64,000 bases of DNA from Archaeoglobus sp. JdFR-37 (GTDB lineage Archaea; Halobacteriota; Archaeoglobi; Archaeoglobales; Archaeoglobaceae): NCBI GenBank assembly GCA_002010215.1, contig MTMY01000032.1:1-64000 (forward strand), given 5' to 3'. The stretch's first letter is position 1. Each line of letters begins with the position of its first letter. Both the position numbers and the translations under genes were made by a program. The notes beneath the pieces are model-generated. The model was not told the origin of the DNA, did no database searches, and was given only the letters and a program-made list of their open reading frames with translations. Below are positions 21,281 through 30,859 of this stretch, one piece after another.

Positions 21281-22074
21281 ATCTAGAGACCTACGCAAAG
21301 AACACCTGGTGCCCCGGGTGCGGAAACTTCGGCATACTCAAAGCCTTCAAGAATGTTGCCACCAAGCTGGTGGAAGAAGGTGTAAGCAAGGGCAGAATCG
21401 TGGTTTCCTCAGGCATAGGCTGCCATGGCAAGATAGTTGACTACATCAGACTTCCAAGCTTCCACGTTATTCACGGCAGAGTACCACCTTTCCTGACAGG
21501 CATGAAACTGGCAAACCCCGAACTTATAGCTGTTGGATTTGTGGGAGATGGTGATTCCTTAAACGAGGGAATGGAGCACATGATTCATTCTGCCAAAAGG
21601 AACACTGATATAACCATATTCCTCCACAACAATGGAGTTTTCGGGTTGACAACAGGCCAGGTAACTGCAACAAGCCCCAAAGGATTCAGAGGTCGCTCAA
21701 CACCCCGAGGGAATCCTGAGAACCCCATCAACCCATGCGCCCTGATGCTTATAAGTGGCGCAACCTTCGTTGCCAGGGGCTATGCAGGGCACATGGATAA
21801 GCTTGAACACATAATGTATGAGGCCATAAAGCATAAAGGCTTCGCCTTCGTTGAGATACTCCAGCCCTGTGTCAGCTTCAACAACACTTGGAAGTTCTAC
21901 AACGAGAAGGTGAGATGGGTGGATGAAACAGAAAGTGATGTTTTCGAGGCCTTGAGGCTCTGCCAAGATGAAACGCTTACGGGTATATTCTACAGGGTTT
22001 CAAAAGAGAGCTACGAGGATGCAGTGGGCAAGGTTGAGGCGGAGGATGTAGCTGAGGTGCTAAGCAGGTTCTGA
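21277..22074 (+). CDS. korB: 2-oxoacid:ferredoxin oxidoreductase beta subunit
   Basis: WCPGCG, SGIGC, GDGD TPP motif, GLTTGQ, QPCVSF. Confidence 0.9.
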   Translation: MNLETYAKNTWCPGCGNFGILKAFKNVATKLVEEGVSKGRIVVSSGIGCHGKIVDYIRLPSFHVIHGRVPPFLTGMKLANPELIAVGFVGDGDSLNEGMEHMIHSAKRNTDITIFLHNNGVFGLTTGQVTATSPKGFRGRSTPRGNPENPINPCALMLISGATFVARGYAGHMDKLEHIMYEAIKHKGFAFVEILQPCVSFNNTWKFYNEKVRWVDETESDVFEALRLCQDETLTGIFYRVSKESYEDAVGKVEAEDVAEVLSRF

Positions 22075-22091
22075 GTTTCGGATCTTTGCAG

Positions 22092-22133
22092 ATGAAACTC
22101 CAGGATGATGACATGGCCGGGTGGGCGGGTTAA
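22092..22133 (+). repeat. Dispersed 42-bp element, copy 1
   Basis: Gapless 32/42 identity to the reverse complement of 48111..48152. Confidence 0.7.
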
Positions 22134-22182
22134 CTGTTAGAACTTACTGAGAATGAACCTGAAAATGAAAAATAAAAGAAAA

Positions 22183-23190
22183 TCAGGCAATCCCAAGTGA
22201 CTTGTTGGTCTTCCGAATGCTCTCCTCTTTATCGGCCAGCTCGAACATTGCCCTTATGGCATCCACGTTTTCCGGAACCACGATGGATTCCTGATGTATT
22301 GCCTGGGTTACGAATAGCTCTCCGTCATTATAGGCAACGCTCTCTTTCCAGATGACATTCTCAAAAAGGTCGTATCTCATCCTGAGTTCTCTGGCATATT
22401 CTATTATTCTTGCCGTTGATGTGAAACCCTCCTCAGCAGAAACCAGCATCAACCGTGGCTCGTTTTCCAAGATTGCAAGTACATCGTCTGCGTTCACTTC
22501 AGGCATCTCTATAGAAACTGCATGCACATGCATGAGCGTTGTGGGCACCTTGAAAGCCGTAGTTATTATGTTGATATCAGGCATAACCGTCTGAACATCT
22601 GGGCCATGATGGGATGGCAGTCTGACGGGGTCAGGCATAATGCCATTAACCAGCCCCTTCTTGTCCTCTTTTGGATCAACAACCCTTCTCAACATGGTAG
22701 CCCTTACCTTCCTGATGTTGCCTGCTCTCCTTACAGTTGCCAGCAGTCTCGAAAGGCCAGTGGTGTTGCAGCTCACGACCCTGACGAAGTCCTTGCCTAT
22801 TGCAGCATCATAGTTGGCAAGAGTGCTGAAAGAGACTTCAGCCACATCCTTTTTCTCCCCACCCTGGAAGATGGCTTTTACACCTGCTTTCTCATACAAT
22901 GGCTTGTTTGACGCTCCAACTTTTCCCGGGCTGCAGTCTACAACAACATCGCATTCTGCAAGCAGATCATTTATGGTTCCCGAAATCTCTATTCCAGCCT
23001 CTTCGAAACGGTTAACGTTCTCTGGAATGGCTACGTAAAGCTTATAACCTCTCTCAACTGCTAAGCGAGCCTCAAAATCAGGTTTGGTTTTTGTGACTCC
23101 AACAACCTCCATATCTTCCTGAAGCCTTACTGCATCCGCCACCCTCTTACCAATAGTGCCATAACCGTTTATCGCAACCTTCACCTTCAT
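22183..23190 (-). CDS. gap: Archaeal (class II) glyceraldehyde-3-phosphate dehydrogenase
   Basis: [46 protein letters not shown]. Confidence 0.96.
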   Translation of the reverse strand: MKVKVAINGYGTIGKRVADAVRLQEDMEVVGVTKTKPDFEARLAVERGYKLYVAIPENVNRFEEAGIEISGTINDLLAECDVVVDCSPGKVGASNKPLYEKAGVKAIFQGGEKKDVAEVSFSTLANYDAAIGKDFVRVVSCNTTGLSRLLATVRRAGNIRKVRATMLRRVVDPKEDKKGLVNGIMPDPVRLPSHHGPDVQTVMPDINIITTAFKVPTTLMHVHAVSIEMPEVNADDVLAILENEPRLMLVSAEEGFTSTARIIEYARELRMRYDLFENVIWKESVAYNDGELFVTQAIHQESIVVPENVDAIRAMFELADKEESIRKTNKSLGIA

Positions 23191-23191
23191 G

Positions 23192-23389
23192 CTATCCCTC
23201 CGCAATGACGATTCTGTGAGACCGCATATCCATTAAAACAATTTTCCCTTTCATCTCTTTGTATTCTCCAAGAAGACCATAAAGCCTGATTAGGTCTCCA
23301 TCAACCTCGACTCTAACCACATCCTCCATTACGACTTCTTCCACTTCTTCCTCGCCACCTTTAACCCTAACCACTTTTGATTCGCACAT
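23192..23389 (-). CDS. CooT-family nickel-binding protein
   Basis: MCES N-terminus, VMEDV, GLLGE, terminal HRIV. Confidence 0.8.
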   Translation of the reverse strand: MCESKVVRVKGGEEEVEEVVMEDVVRVEVDGDLIRLYGLLGEYKEMKGKIVLMDMRSHRIVIAEG

Positions 23390-23483
23390 AATTTTAATAT
23401 GGAAAGGGCAGCTAAAAAACACTTTGTTTTTTCTTAATCAGTCTAATCAAAATATAAAGTGTAAAAACTGAATAAGAATTGAA

Positions 23484-23789
23484 TCAGCGGCTCACCCCAT
23501 AGGCTGCTATGGAGGAGAGAACGGAAAGTGTCAGAGCTATGACCAAGGCAATCCAGATAAAAAAAGCGTCCATCAGCTTCGCCTCGGCTACACTGTAGCC
23601 ATATGCAGTAAATATCATCCAGATTACCAGTCCTGCAGCTATTCCGTAGACCACTGCATCTCTCACCTTGCTGGCTGCAAGTCCAGCAGCGATTCCTGCG
23701 ACAATAATGCCAGCCCAGTGGTAGAGGGAGAGAGCAATGCCTGCTATCGCTAGCACCAAGAACGCTCTAAGGTTTCCATTTCCGCCCAT
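23484..23789 (-). CDS. Small membrane protein downstream of the penicillin acylase gene
   Basis: About 100 hydrophobic residues (HWAGIIVAG); GGAGGTGA SD upstream. Confidence 0.7.
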   Translation of the reverse strand: MGGNGNLRAFLVLAIAGIALSLYHWAGIIVAGIAAGLAASKVRDAVVYGIAAGLVIWMIFTAYGYSVAEAKLMDAFFIWIALVIALTLSVLSSIAAYGVSR

Positions 23790-23802
23790 ACTGCTCACAC
23801 TA

Positions 23803-26142
23803 TCACCTCCTGACAAATTCAATCACCTTCTCACCTCTGACTTCCATTTCCATTGGCTTGTACTCTCCCCGAGCCCAGAGTTCTAGCTGATCTTCGTAAT
23901 GCTTTGAGAAGTAATTGCCCGAGTTTCCGCCGGGAATAATACAGTAGGATTTGCCTCCGTAATCCACCACCATGCGCCAGCTACTGCCTGCCTGATTGCC
24001 TTTCACTCTGAAATTGAATACCGTGTACTTCGAACCGTCCATGGGCAAGCTGGCGTAGTTCAGAAACGGGAGCTTGCTGCCGAATGGATGGTTTATTCTG
24101 AGCCTGTTGTAATCCCCGTAAACCTGCCAGCCTTTCTCTTTCATCTCTTCAACTGCTAGCTTCAGCGACCTCAATGCAATGTCATCTTTGGTCTCTTTCT
24201 CCGGTGTTTTCTTATCATCGAACCACTTGGATGAAGTATCCAAATTCTGAACCACCCAGAGACGGGGGAAGTAAGATTGGTCAAGTCCAGCAGCAGAGAA
24301 TTCATCGAATGTTTCGTTCATGAACTTCTCAAGCCAGAGGGCAAAAATCAGCGCAGCCTTCGAATCCTTCTTCATCCTGTAATCCCAGCCCTTCAGCTCC
24401 TCAATGTAAGGTGTCAGATCTTCTCCACCTTTTCTCTTATATGCTTCCAGAATCATGGGAACGAAGAACTCTGCCGGTTTAGAATAAACATCCCTCTGCA
24501 TATCCATCACATACTCTGTATCTATCTTTTCTCCCCTCTTTATGGCGTCCTCAATCATCTCAAATATCCGGATTCCTCTATAAGGGTCTGCAAAGTACAT
24601 TGAATCCCCCAGATAATACCCGTAATCCTTGGGAACAATTCTCTGGTTGGCTGTAGCAACGTAATCGGGATTGATGAGATGGGGTATTTCCTCGAAAGGT
24701 ATGAAACCCTCCCAAGTAGAAATGCCATATGGTTTAAACCCTACCCACTCCCCATCCCCCCTAGAACCGTTGAAGATTACGTTGCCAGCCACCATCTTCC
24801 CATCGACATAGCGTATCGGGAATTTACCCGCAGGGTAATACATGATGTTTCCTTCTACATCCGCATAAACCAGATTCTGTGCAGGCACATCGAAGTATCG
24901 CAGCGCTTCAAGGAACTCCTTTATGCTTTTCGCATGATTATACTTGTAGAGGGCCAGCGCCTCTCTTGTTCCCGTAAGACCTGTCCAAGCAACAGCGACT
25001 CTCATACCCTCTTTCTCGATGATTGGGCCATGGATGGTCTTCTCAATAACAACTTCTTTCTCAACCATTCCCTTATCCGTCTTGACTTTAATCTTCCTCA
25101 CTTCTTTTTCAGACTCAAACCATTTACCCTTGTAGAGGTATTTCTCCCCATCCCACACATAGCTGTAGAAATCAATCACGTCAGCCCCAACATTTGTGAA
25201 TCCCCAGGCTGCAAAATCATTCATGCCGATGACAATTGTCGGAATGCCCGGAAACGTGACGCCTCTGACCTCATAATCTCCTTCAACCTTTATGTGCATC
25301 TCATACCATATTGGCGGAACCATCAAAAGCAAATGAGGATCGTTTGCCAGTATCGGCTTCTCGCTCTTTGTCAATCTGCCGGAAATAACCCAGTTGTTGG
25401 AGCCGAAATCCCCATCTCCCTCAAACTGCTCCAGCCAGTTAACAGCTTTACCCCAGTCTGCCTTTGCAAACTCCTCTTCCGAGACTATTGTGTAATTGTG
25501 GCTTTCAAACATAGGGAAGAGCTCCAGAACATCTTTACCAAACTTCTGAATCAGAACAGCCCTCTTTAAATCCCAAAATTCTCCTGTTAATCCCCATTCT
25601 ATGGCCTTCCCTATCAGCAAAGTGTCGACTGGGGTCCATGGCTCTGGCTTGTAGTCGAGGAGCTGAAACTCCATGGGCAGCTTTTCGCTCTGGATGTAGC
25701 GATTAACCCCTTCTGCATAAACCTCCAGAAGTGACGCAAATTCAGGGTCTTCCTGCTTGACCGCCTGCCAAGAAGCTTCCGCAGCAGAAAGGAAGTCCAT
25801 CTTCACGTGAAATACGTCTGAATCCAGCAGATCCTCACCAAAAACCTCTGATAGCTGTCCTCTCATCAGCCTTCTGTGCAAATCCATCTGGAAGAACCTA
25901 TCTTTAGCCTGAACATAACCTATAGCGAAGTACAGGGCCTTCTCGTTGTCCGCCACTATGTGGGGCACTCCGTACTCATCATAGTAAACCTCTACCCTGC
26001 CGTATGGGTTCTCAATTACCTTTTTACCGGTGTCAAATGTCCATACAGCTCCGCTGAATGGGGAAAAGAGAGACAGGAAACCCATTCCAGCCACAATGAT
26101 TGCAAAAAGCAGAATAGTGGCAGCAATACCATATTTTTTCAT
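23803..26142 (-). CDS. Penicillin acylase family (S45, Ntn-hydrolase), membrane-anchored
   Basis: DEYGVPHI, QAKDRFFQMD, GSNNW nucleophile, ANDPHL, PGGNSG..HYEDQ. N-terminal TM helix. Confidence 0.93.
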   Translation of the reverse strand: MKKYGIAATILLFAIIVAGMGFLSLFSPFSGAVWTFDTGKKVIENPYGRVEVYYDEYGVPHIVADNEKALYFAIGYVQAKDRFFQMDLHRRLMRGQLSEVFGEDLLDSDVFHVKMDFLSAAEASWQAVKQEDPEFASLLEVYAEGVNRYIQSEKLPMEFQLLDYKPEPWTPVDTLLIGKAIEWGLTGEFWDLKRAVLIQKFGKDVLELFPMFESHNYTIVSEEEFAKADWGKAVNWLEQFEGDGDFGSNNWVISGRLTKSEKPILANDPHLLLMVPPIWYEMHIKVEGDYEVRGVTFPGIPTIVIGMNDFAAWGFTNVGADVIDFYSYVWDGEKYLYKGKWFESEKEVRKIKVKTDKGMVEKEVVIEKTIHGPIIEKEGMRVAVAWTGLTGTREALALYKYNHAKSIKEFLEALRYFDVPAQNLVYADVEGNIMYYPAGKFPIRYVDGKMVAGNVIFNGSRGDGEWVGFKPYGISTWEGFIPFEEIPHLINPDYVATANQRIVPKDYGYYLGDSMYFADPYRGIRIFEMIEDAIKRGEKIDTEYVMDMQRDVYSKPAEFFVPMILEAYKRKGGEDLTPYIEELKGWDYRMKKDSKAALIFALWLEKFMNETFDEFSAAGLDQSYFPRLWVVQNLDTSSKWFDDKKTPEKETKDDIALRSLKLAVEEMKEKGWQVYGDYNRLRINHPFGSKLPFLNYASLPMDGSKYTVFNFRVKGNQAGSSWRMVVDYGGKSYCIIPGGNSGNYFSKHYEDQLELWARGEYKPMEMEVRGEKVIEFVRR

Positions 26143-26220
26143 GATAGATTATAAGCGAAGATGATATTTCAAATTTTCGAATTATCCTAGCTATTCCAAG
26201 GATTTGAGTTAGATAAGAGT

Positions 26221-27585
26221 TCAAACAGTCAACTTAGCTATGAAAAACCCTGCTGTATCGTGAATATGAGGATATGTACGCACAACCTTATCAGCATACG
26301 GAAATCGCTTTCCATTGAATTCGGAAATACCAGGGCTGCCAAAACCAATGTAGGCATCACCCAGCTTGAAAGTTTCCAAAGCCTGAAGAATATTTTCCTC
26401 GTTCTCCTCAAAGGTTATGCTACATGTAGAATAAACAGCAACACCTCCAGCTTCAAGATTTTTGAAGGCATTCTTCAACATTCTCTGCTGCAGTTTTACG
26501 GTTGCAATGTATTTCTTTTTGTCATACCTCCATTTCACACTGGGATAATTCCGCAGTGAACCGGTAGATGAGCAGGGTGGATCTATCAAGACCTTATCTA
26601 CCATCCTATTATACTCTTTATACCCTATATTGTACTCTGCACCATCAGCACAGACATATTCAACATTCTGGACTCCCAGCACCTTCATTCTCGCTTTCAT
26701 CCGCTCCAGCCTCTCTCTGGAATTATCCACCGCAATAATCTTTCCCCTATTTTCCATTAAAGCCGCAATATGGCTTGTTTTTGATCCCGGAGCAGCAGCA
26801 ATATCCAGAACAGTTTCACCCGGCTTTGGATTCAGAGTTCTCGCCACCAGACAGGATGCAAAATCCTGTATTACGTAAAGCCCCTCTTTGTGCCCTTCAA
26901 GAATTGCTGGAGGCTTATTATAAGCCACTACTTTAAAAACCTCCGGCAAAAATGTTTCTTCCAGTATAACTCCCTCTTTATCGAGATATTTCTTTACCCT
27001 CTCCTCACTTGCTTTTAGAGTGTTTGCCCTGACATACACTGTCTGCTGCAAATTTGCTGCCATTATGTTCTCGATATCCTCCACATTACCAAAGAGCTTC
27101 TCTGCAAGTTCCACAAACCATTCTGGGTGGAAATATCTCAACGCAAGATATTTCCTTCTGTTTTTAGCTTTTAGGCGTTCCAGCTCTCTTTCGAGGTTCA
27201 CTTTCTCGGCATTTCTCATTACTGCATTAACAAGTCTGGCGGCATTGTTTCCTTTCCTTAATCTTGCAACCCTCACACATGAATCCGTGGCAAGAGCGGG
27301 ATGAATGCCCTTGTAAAACATCTCGTAGATTCCAACCCTCAGAAGATTTCTGATAAACGGGTCAATATCCTGAATTCCCCTGAATCTGAGGGCTTTCTGA
27401 AGGATAAAATCAATTGTATTCAACCTCTTCGCAGTTTCCATAACGTAAGCGTGGACGCTGCCTCGTATTTTGTAATCATAATCCTCTCTAAGAAACCTCT
27501 GCCGGAGCGCCTCTTTCTCTGAGATTATTTCCTCCTCTAACCTCTTCAAAACTTCAGCAGCGATTTCCTGAGTGTAAACAATCAC
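26221..27585 (-). CDS. RsmB/NOP2-family RNA m5C methyltransferase with NusB-like N-domain
   Basis: IQDFAS, AAAPGSKT, DPPCSSTG, VYSTCS..EENE. GTG 27585 overlaps the DUF424 stop. Confidence 0.92.
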   Translation of the reverse strand: MIVYTQEIAAEVLKRLEEEIISEKEALRQRFLREDYDYKIRGSVHAYVMETAKRLNTIDFILQKALRFRGIQDIDPFIRNLLRVGIYEMFYKGIHPALATDSCVRVARLRKGNNAARLVNAVMRNAEKVNLERELERLKAKNRRKYLALRYFHPEWFVELAEKLFGNVEDIENIMAANLQQTVYVRANTLKASEERVKKYLDKEGVILEETFLPEVFKVVAYNKPPAILEGHKEGLYVIQDFASCLVARTLNPKPGETVLDIAAAPGSKTSHIAALMENRGKIIAVDNSRERLERMKARMKVLGVQNVEYVCADGAEYNIGYKEYNRMVDKVLIDPPCSSTGSLRNYPSVKWRYDKKKYIATVKLQQRMLKNAFKNLEAGGVAVYSTCSITFEENEENILQALETFKLGDAYIGFGSPGISEFNGKRFPYADKVVRTYPHIHDTAGFFIAKLTV

Positions 27586-27872
27586 ATCACTACCATCTGG
27601 GCGTGCCAGCATCCTTCTATCTTGAGAACTTTATCTTTATCCACTATACCCATAGAGATTGCCAGTTTAACTGCTCTCTCTCCAGTTATGTTGGCAATGG
27701 TCGCATTTCTCAAAGCTGCTCTCACTTCCTCCTCTCCCGCCTCTCTTCCGTAGAAGTCCTCCTTTACCTCGAGCTTCAGGTCTCCTTCTCTGAAAGTCCT
27801 GCCTACCAGCTCCGCATCACATACCGCCACTAGCACTTCTCCTTTAACCCTGTACACCTTCATCCGGAACAT
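27582..27872 (-). CDS. DUF424 family protein
   Basis: LVAVCDAEL.G...FYG...ANITG...HAQ. Confidence 0.88.
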   Translation of the reverse strand: MFRMKVYRVKGEVLVAVCDAELVGRTFREGDLKLEVKEDFYGREAGEEEVRAALRNATIANITGERAVKLAISMGIVDKDKVLKIEGCWHAQMVVM

Positions 27873-28279
27873 CAGATATTCCTCACCGGGTGTTTTGCAC
27901 CGCAGGCAAGGCACTTTACGAAAAGAACTCTTTCTTCCCTGACAAACTCCGTATCAGGAGCCTGACACTCCTTGCAAAGCACGTAGGTCTTCACATAATC
28001 GTTTACTTCTTTCTGGATTTCGTCCTCAGTAAATTTACCCTGAAGAATGACTCTGCCGGCCTCTATAAAGCCAGCAGTACCCAGAGATTTAACAATATAC
28101 TTGTAAAGATGCTCTTCACTCCTGTTGATTGCCTTGACTACATTTGAGAAATTCTTGATGATAGTTCTGCTTCCCTCTCTCTGAACACTGACTTTGGGAA
28201 TCTCAAACCTGTCTCTCCTCACTATCTCTGTGGGAAGCTCCTTAATGGCCTTTTCCAGCAATTCCTCATAACTCCTCAT
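27872..28279 (-). CDS. eif2b: Translation initiation factor aIF-2 beta
   Basis: YEELL...RFEIP, LGTAG, YVLCKEC.APDT, CLACGA. Confidence 0.95.
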   Translation of the reverse strand: MRSYEELLEKAIKELPTEIVRRDRFEIPKVSVQREGSRTIIKNFSNVVKAINRSEEHLYKYIVKSLGTAGFIEAGRVILQGKFTEDEIQKEVNDYVKTYVLCKECQAPDTEFVREERVLFVKCLACGAKHPVRNI

Positions 28280-28782
28280 TCTACCACCTCTCTAACCTCA
28301 CCTCTTATGGGATAATAAATAAGCTTTTTCTGGGTTTGATTCTCTCCGCCTGAATTAGGGTATAGAACAAAGCCCGGGATGAAGACTCCTTCTGGTCGCA
28401 GCCCCATGATCAAGTTTTTGGGATTAGATGGAGAGTAAAAAAGATGGGAGGTGCATTTGCAATCAGAGGATCCAAAACCTCTAATAGGTGTGAGCTGGGA
28501 CATAAACTCTGCCGCTAACCTGCATTCCACATTGCTCGAGAAGTAATATGCACACAGTGGCTGAACAGCAGAAGTTAGATAATCTATGTGCCACCTAATC
28601 CTCTTCTTGCTTGAAAAATGCCTTTCAAGCCTCTTTTCCAAATTAACGCTATGCTTCCCAGCATATATGTAGTAACCCGGCATGAAGCCAATATTTCCGA
28701 GACTTCCAACCTGAATTTCAATAGCCTGCTCAAGGTGCATTAGCAACAGGTAACTGCCGCGCTTAGCCTTCATAACCTCCAC
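28276..28782 (-). CDS. GIY-YIG (DUF123) nuclease family protein
   Basis: GSYLL, GYYIYAG, WHIDYL, GFGSSDCKCTSHL. Confidence 0.85.
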   Translation of the reverse strand: MEVMKAKRGSYLLLMHLEQAIEIQVGSLGNIGFMPGYYIYAGKHSVNLEKRLERHFSSKKRIRWHIDYLTSAVQPLCAYYFSSNVECRLAAEFMSQLTPIRGFGSSDCKCTSHLFYSPSNPKNLIMGLRPEGVFIPGFVLYPNSGGENQTQKKLIYYPIRGEVREVVE

Positions 28783-28819
28783 GGCAAGTATTTAAATAGC
28801 ATGGTATAAAAATCCCGGT

Positions 28820-29290
28820 GTGAAAAGTTACGTTATTGACGCCAGCAGCATCTTCATGAGGAAGGCTGTGTATGGCAACATGGTTACTGTCCCCGAAGTA
28901 GCTGAGGAAGTCAAAGATGAGGATTCCAAACTCTACATGTCTCTGAGGAATATAAGGATTGAGGAGGCAAATCAGAACTCAGTCGAGGCTGTGAAGAAGG
29001 TAGCCATGAGAACTGGTGACATTTACCGGCTGAGCGATGCAGATATAAAGCTGATAGCAAAGGCCGTTGATGAAATGAAGCTTGGAAATGAGACAGTGAT
29101 AGTTACAGATGATTACTCCATTCAGAATGTGGCAAGGCATCTGGGGATCGGAATTGAGAGAGTTATCCAGAGAGGGATAACAAAGGAATACAAATGGATC
29201 AGAGTTTGCAGAGGCTGCAGAAGAATCATAGAAACAGAAAAATGTGATGTATGCGGTAGTGAAGCCGTTTTGAGGAGGTTTAGAAAATGA
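28820..29290 (+). CDS. nob1: Nob1-like PIN endonuclease with Zn ribbon
   Basis: VIDAS, LSDAD, TDDYSIQN, CRGC...CDVCG. Confidence 0.9.
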   Translation: MKSYVIDASSIFMRKAVYGNMVTVPEVAEEVKDEDSKLYMSLRNIRIEEANQNSVEAVKKVAMRTGDIYRLSDADIKLIAKAVDEMKLGNETVIVTDDYSIQNVARHLGIGIERVIQRGITKEYKWIRVCRGCRRIIETEKCDVCGSEAVLRRFRK

Positions 29291-29880
29291 GTAAGGTCGA
29301 GGAGCTTGTTGAAAGAGCCAAAAGGTTGAAAGAAAAAGGTCTCACAACGGGAGAAATAGCTGACGAGCTGAATGTTTCAAGAGAAACAGCTTTGTGGCTC
29401 CTGACAAAGGCCAAGGAAGGGGCAACACCTCCCTCAGACATCTATATTGACTGGAAAAGGGTATCAACTGTTTCCAGAAGGTTGAGATTGCTTGCAGAAA
29501 TTATGGCAGACATGATTCTTGAAGCCGGAGAGGTGGAGGTGGTTGTTGGAGTCGCCACCAGCGGAATCCCCATATCTACACTTGTTGCAGAGCTTCTTGA
29601 TGCAGAACTCAGCATATATTTCCCAAAAAAGCTGAAATGGGATGAGGATGCCACACATATCAGCGGTGCATTCAGCGAGAATTATGCAAAGGTTGACGGG
29701 AAGAGATGCGTTATTGTGGATGACGTCATCACAAGCGGATCAACCATTGAGGAGACGGTTGAACACATAAGAAGGAGGGATGGAAGCGTTTTGTGTGCTG
29801 CAGTCATCGTTGATAAGCGAGGAATGGATGAGCTGAGCGGAATTCCAATCCTTAGCCTGTTCAGAATCGTAAGGATATGA
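29287..29880 (+). CDS. gfcR: HTH plus PRTase (PyrE-like) transcriptional regulator, GfcR family
   Basis: GLTTGEIADELNVSRETALWL HTH; VIVDDVITSGST PRPP motif. Confidence 0.82.
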   Translation: MSKVEELVERAKRLKEKGLTTGEIADELNVSRETALWLLTKAKEGATPPSDIYIDWKRVSTVSRRLRLLAEIMADMILEAGEVEVVVGVATSGIPISTLVAELLDAELSIYFPKKLKWDEDATHISGAFSENYAKVDGKRCVIVDDVITSGSTIEETVEHIRRRDGSVLCAAVIVDKRGMDELSGIPILSLFRIVRI

Positions 29881-29905
29881 ACGATAGAAAAGGGAACATG
29901 CAAAC

Positions 29906-30859
29906 ATGAAGATCTGCATACTGATTCCGACGCTAAACGAAGAGAAAGGGATTGGGGAAGTCATAGATGGATTCATCAAAAAAGGATACACCGATATTTT
30001 TGTCATAGACGGTAACAGCACCGACAGAACCAGAGAGATAGCAGAGAGTAAAGGTGCAAAGGTGGCCATACAGAGCGGTGAGGGGAAGGGGCAGGCAGTG
30101 ATGGAGGCTTTTCAGCTTATAGACAGTGATGTTGTAGTTCTCATTGACGGAGATGGAACGTACCTGCCAGAGGATGTTGACAAACTCCTAGAACCCATAA
30201 GGAGAGGTATAGCAGACCATGTTGTTGGTAACAGGCTGGCAGGATATGAGAAGGGGGCCTTTACACGGCTGAACTTGCTTGGTAACAAAATCCTAAACTT
30301 CTTTTTCAGACTGATATACGGTATTGAACTCCACGACATCCTCTCGGGTTACAGGGCTCTGACAAAGGAGGTTTACAAAAACATTGAGCTGGAGAAGCAC
30401 GGCTTTGAAGTGGAAACTGAACTCACAGTTGAAACCATAGCCAAAGGTTTCAGAATTCTTGAGGTGCCAATCACCTACAGAAAAAGGGAGGGGAAGACCA
30501 AACTCCGCCCAATCAGAGATGGTTTCAGAATAGCTTCAACTATCTATGGAATGCTCCAGCGATACAGCCCCGGGAGATACTTTTACTTCATTGGCTTCCT
30601 CTTCATTCTGGCAGGATTTATACTGGGGATTTACGTGACCTATGACTGGTTCCGAAGAGTGTCTCACTACCTTTTGGCAGTTCTCACGACTCTACTGATT
30701 GTTTCAGGCCTGCAAATTATCGCTCTAGGCCTGATAAGCGATTTTGTATCAAAGAGCAATGCACAGGTCAGAAAGCAGCTGATCGAGCTTAGAAAAGAGA
30801 TAGAGGGACTGAAAAGAGAGAAGGAAGAGGAAAAGGGAGAGCTGAAAAATGCACATTGA
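29906..30859 (+). CDS. aglJ: GT2 dolichol-phosphate glycosyltransferase (AglJ-like)
   Basis: IPTLNEE, DGNSTDRT, GKGQA, DGDGTY, DILSGYRA, two C-terminal TM helices. Confidence 0.8.
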   Translation: MKICILIPTLNEEKGIGEVIDGFIKKGYTDIFVIDGNSTDRTREIAESKGAKVAIQSGEGKGQAVMEAFQLIDSDVVVLIDGDGTYLPEDVDKLLEPIRRGIADHVVGNRLAGYEKGAFTRLNLLGNKILNFFFRLIYGIELHDILSGYRALTKEVYKNIELEKHGFEVETELTVETIAKGFRILEVPITYRKREGKTKLRPIRDGFRIASTIYGMLQRYSPGRYFYFIGFLFILAGFILGIYVTYDWFRRVSHYLLAVLTTLLIVSGLQIIALGLISDFVSKSNAQVRKQLIELRKEIEGLKREKEEEKGELKNAH

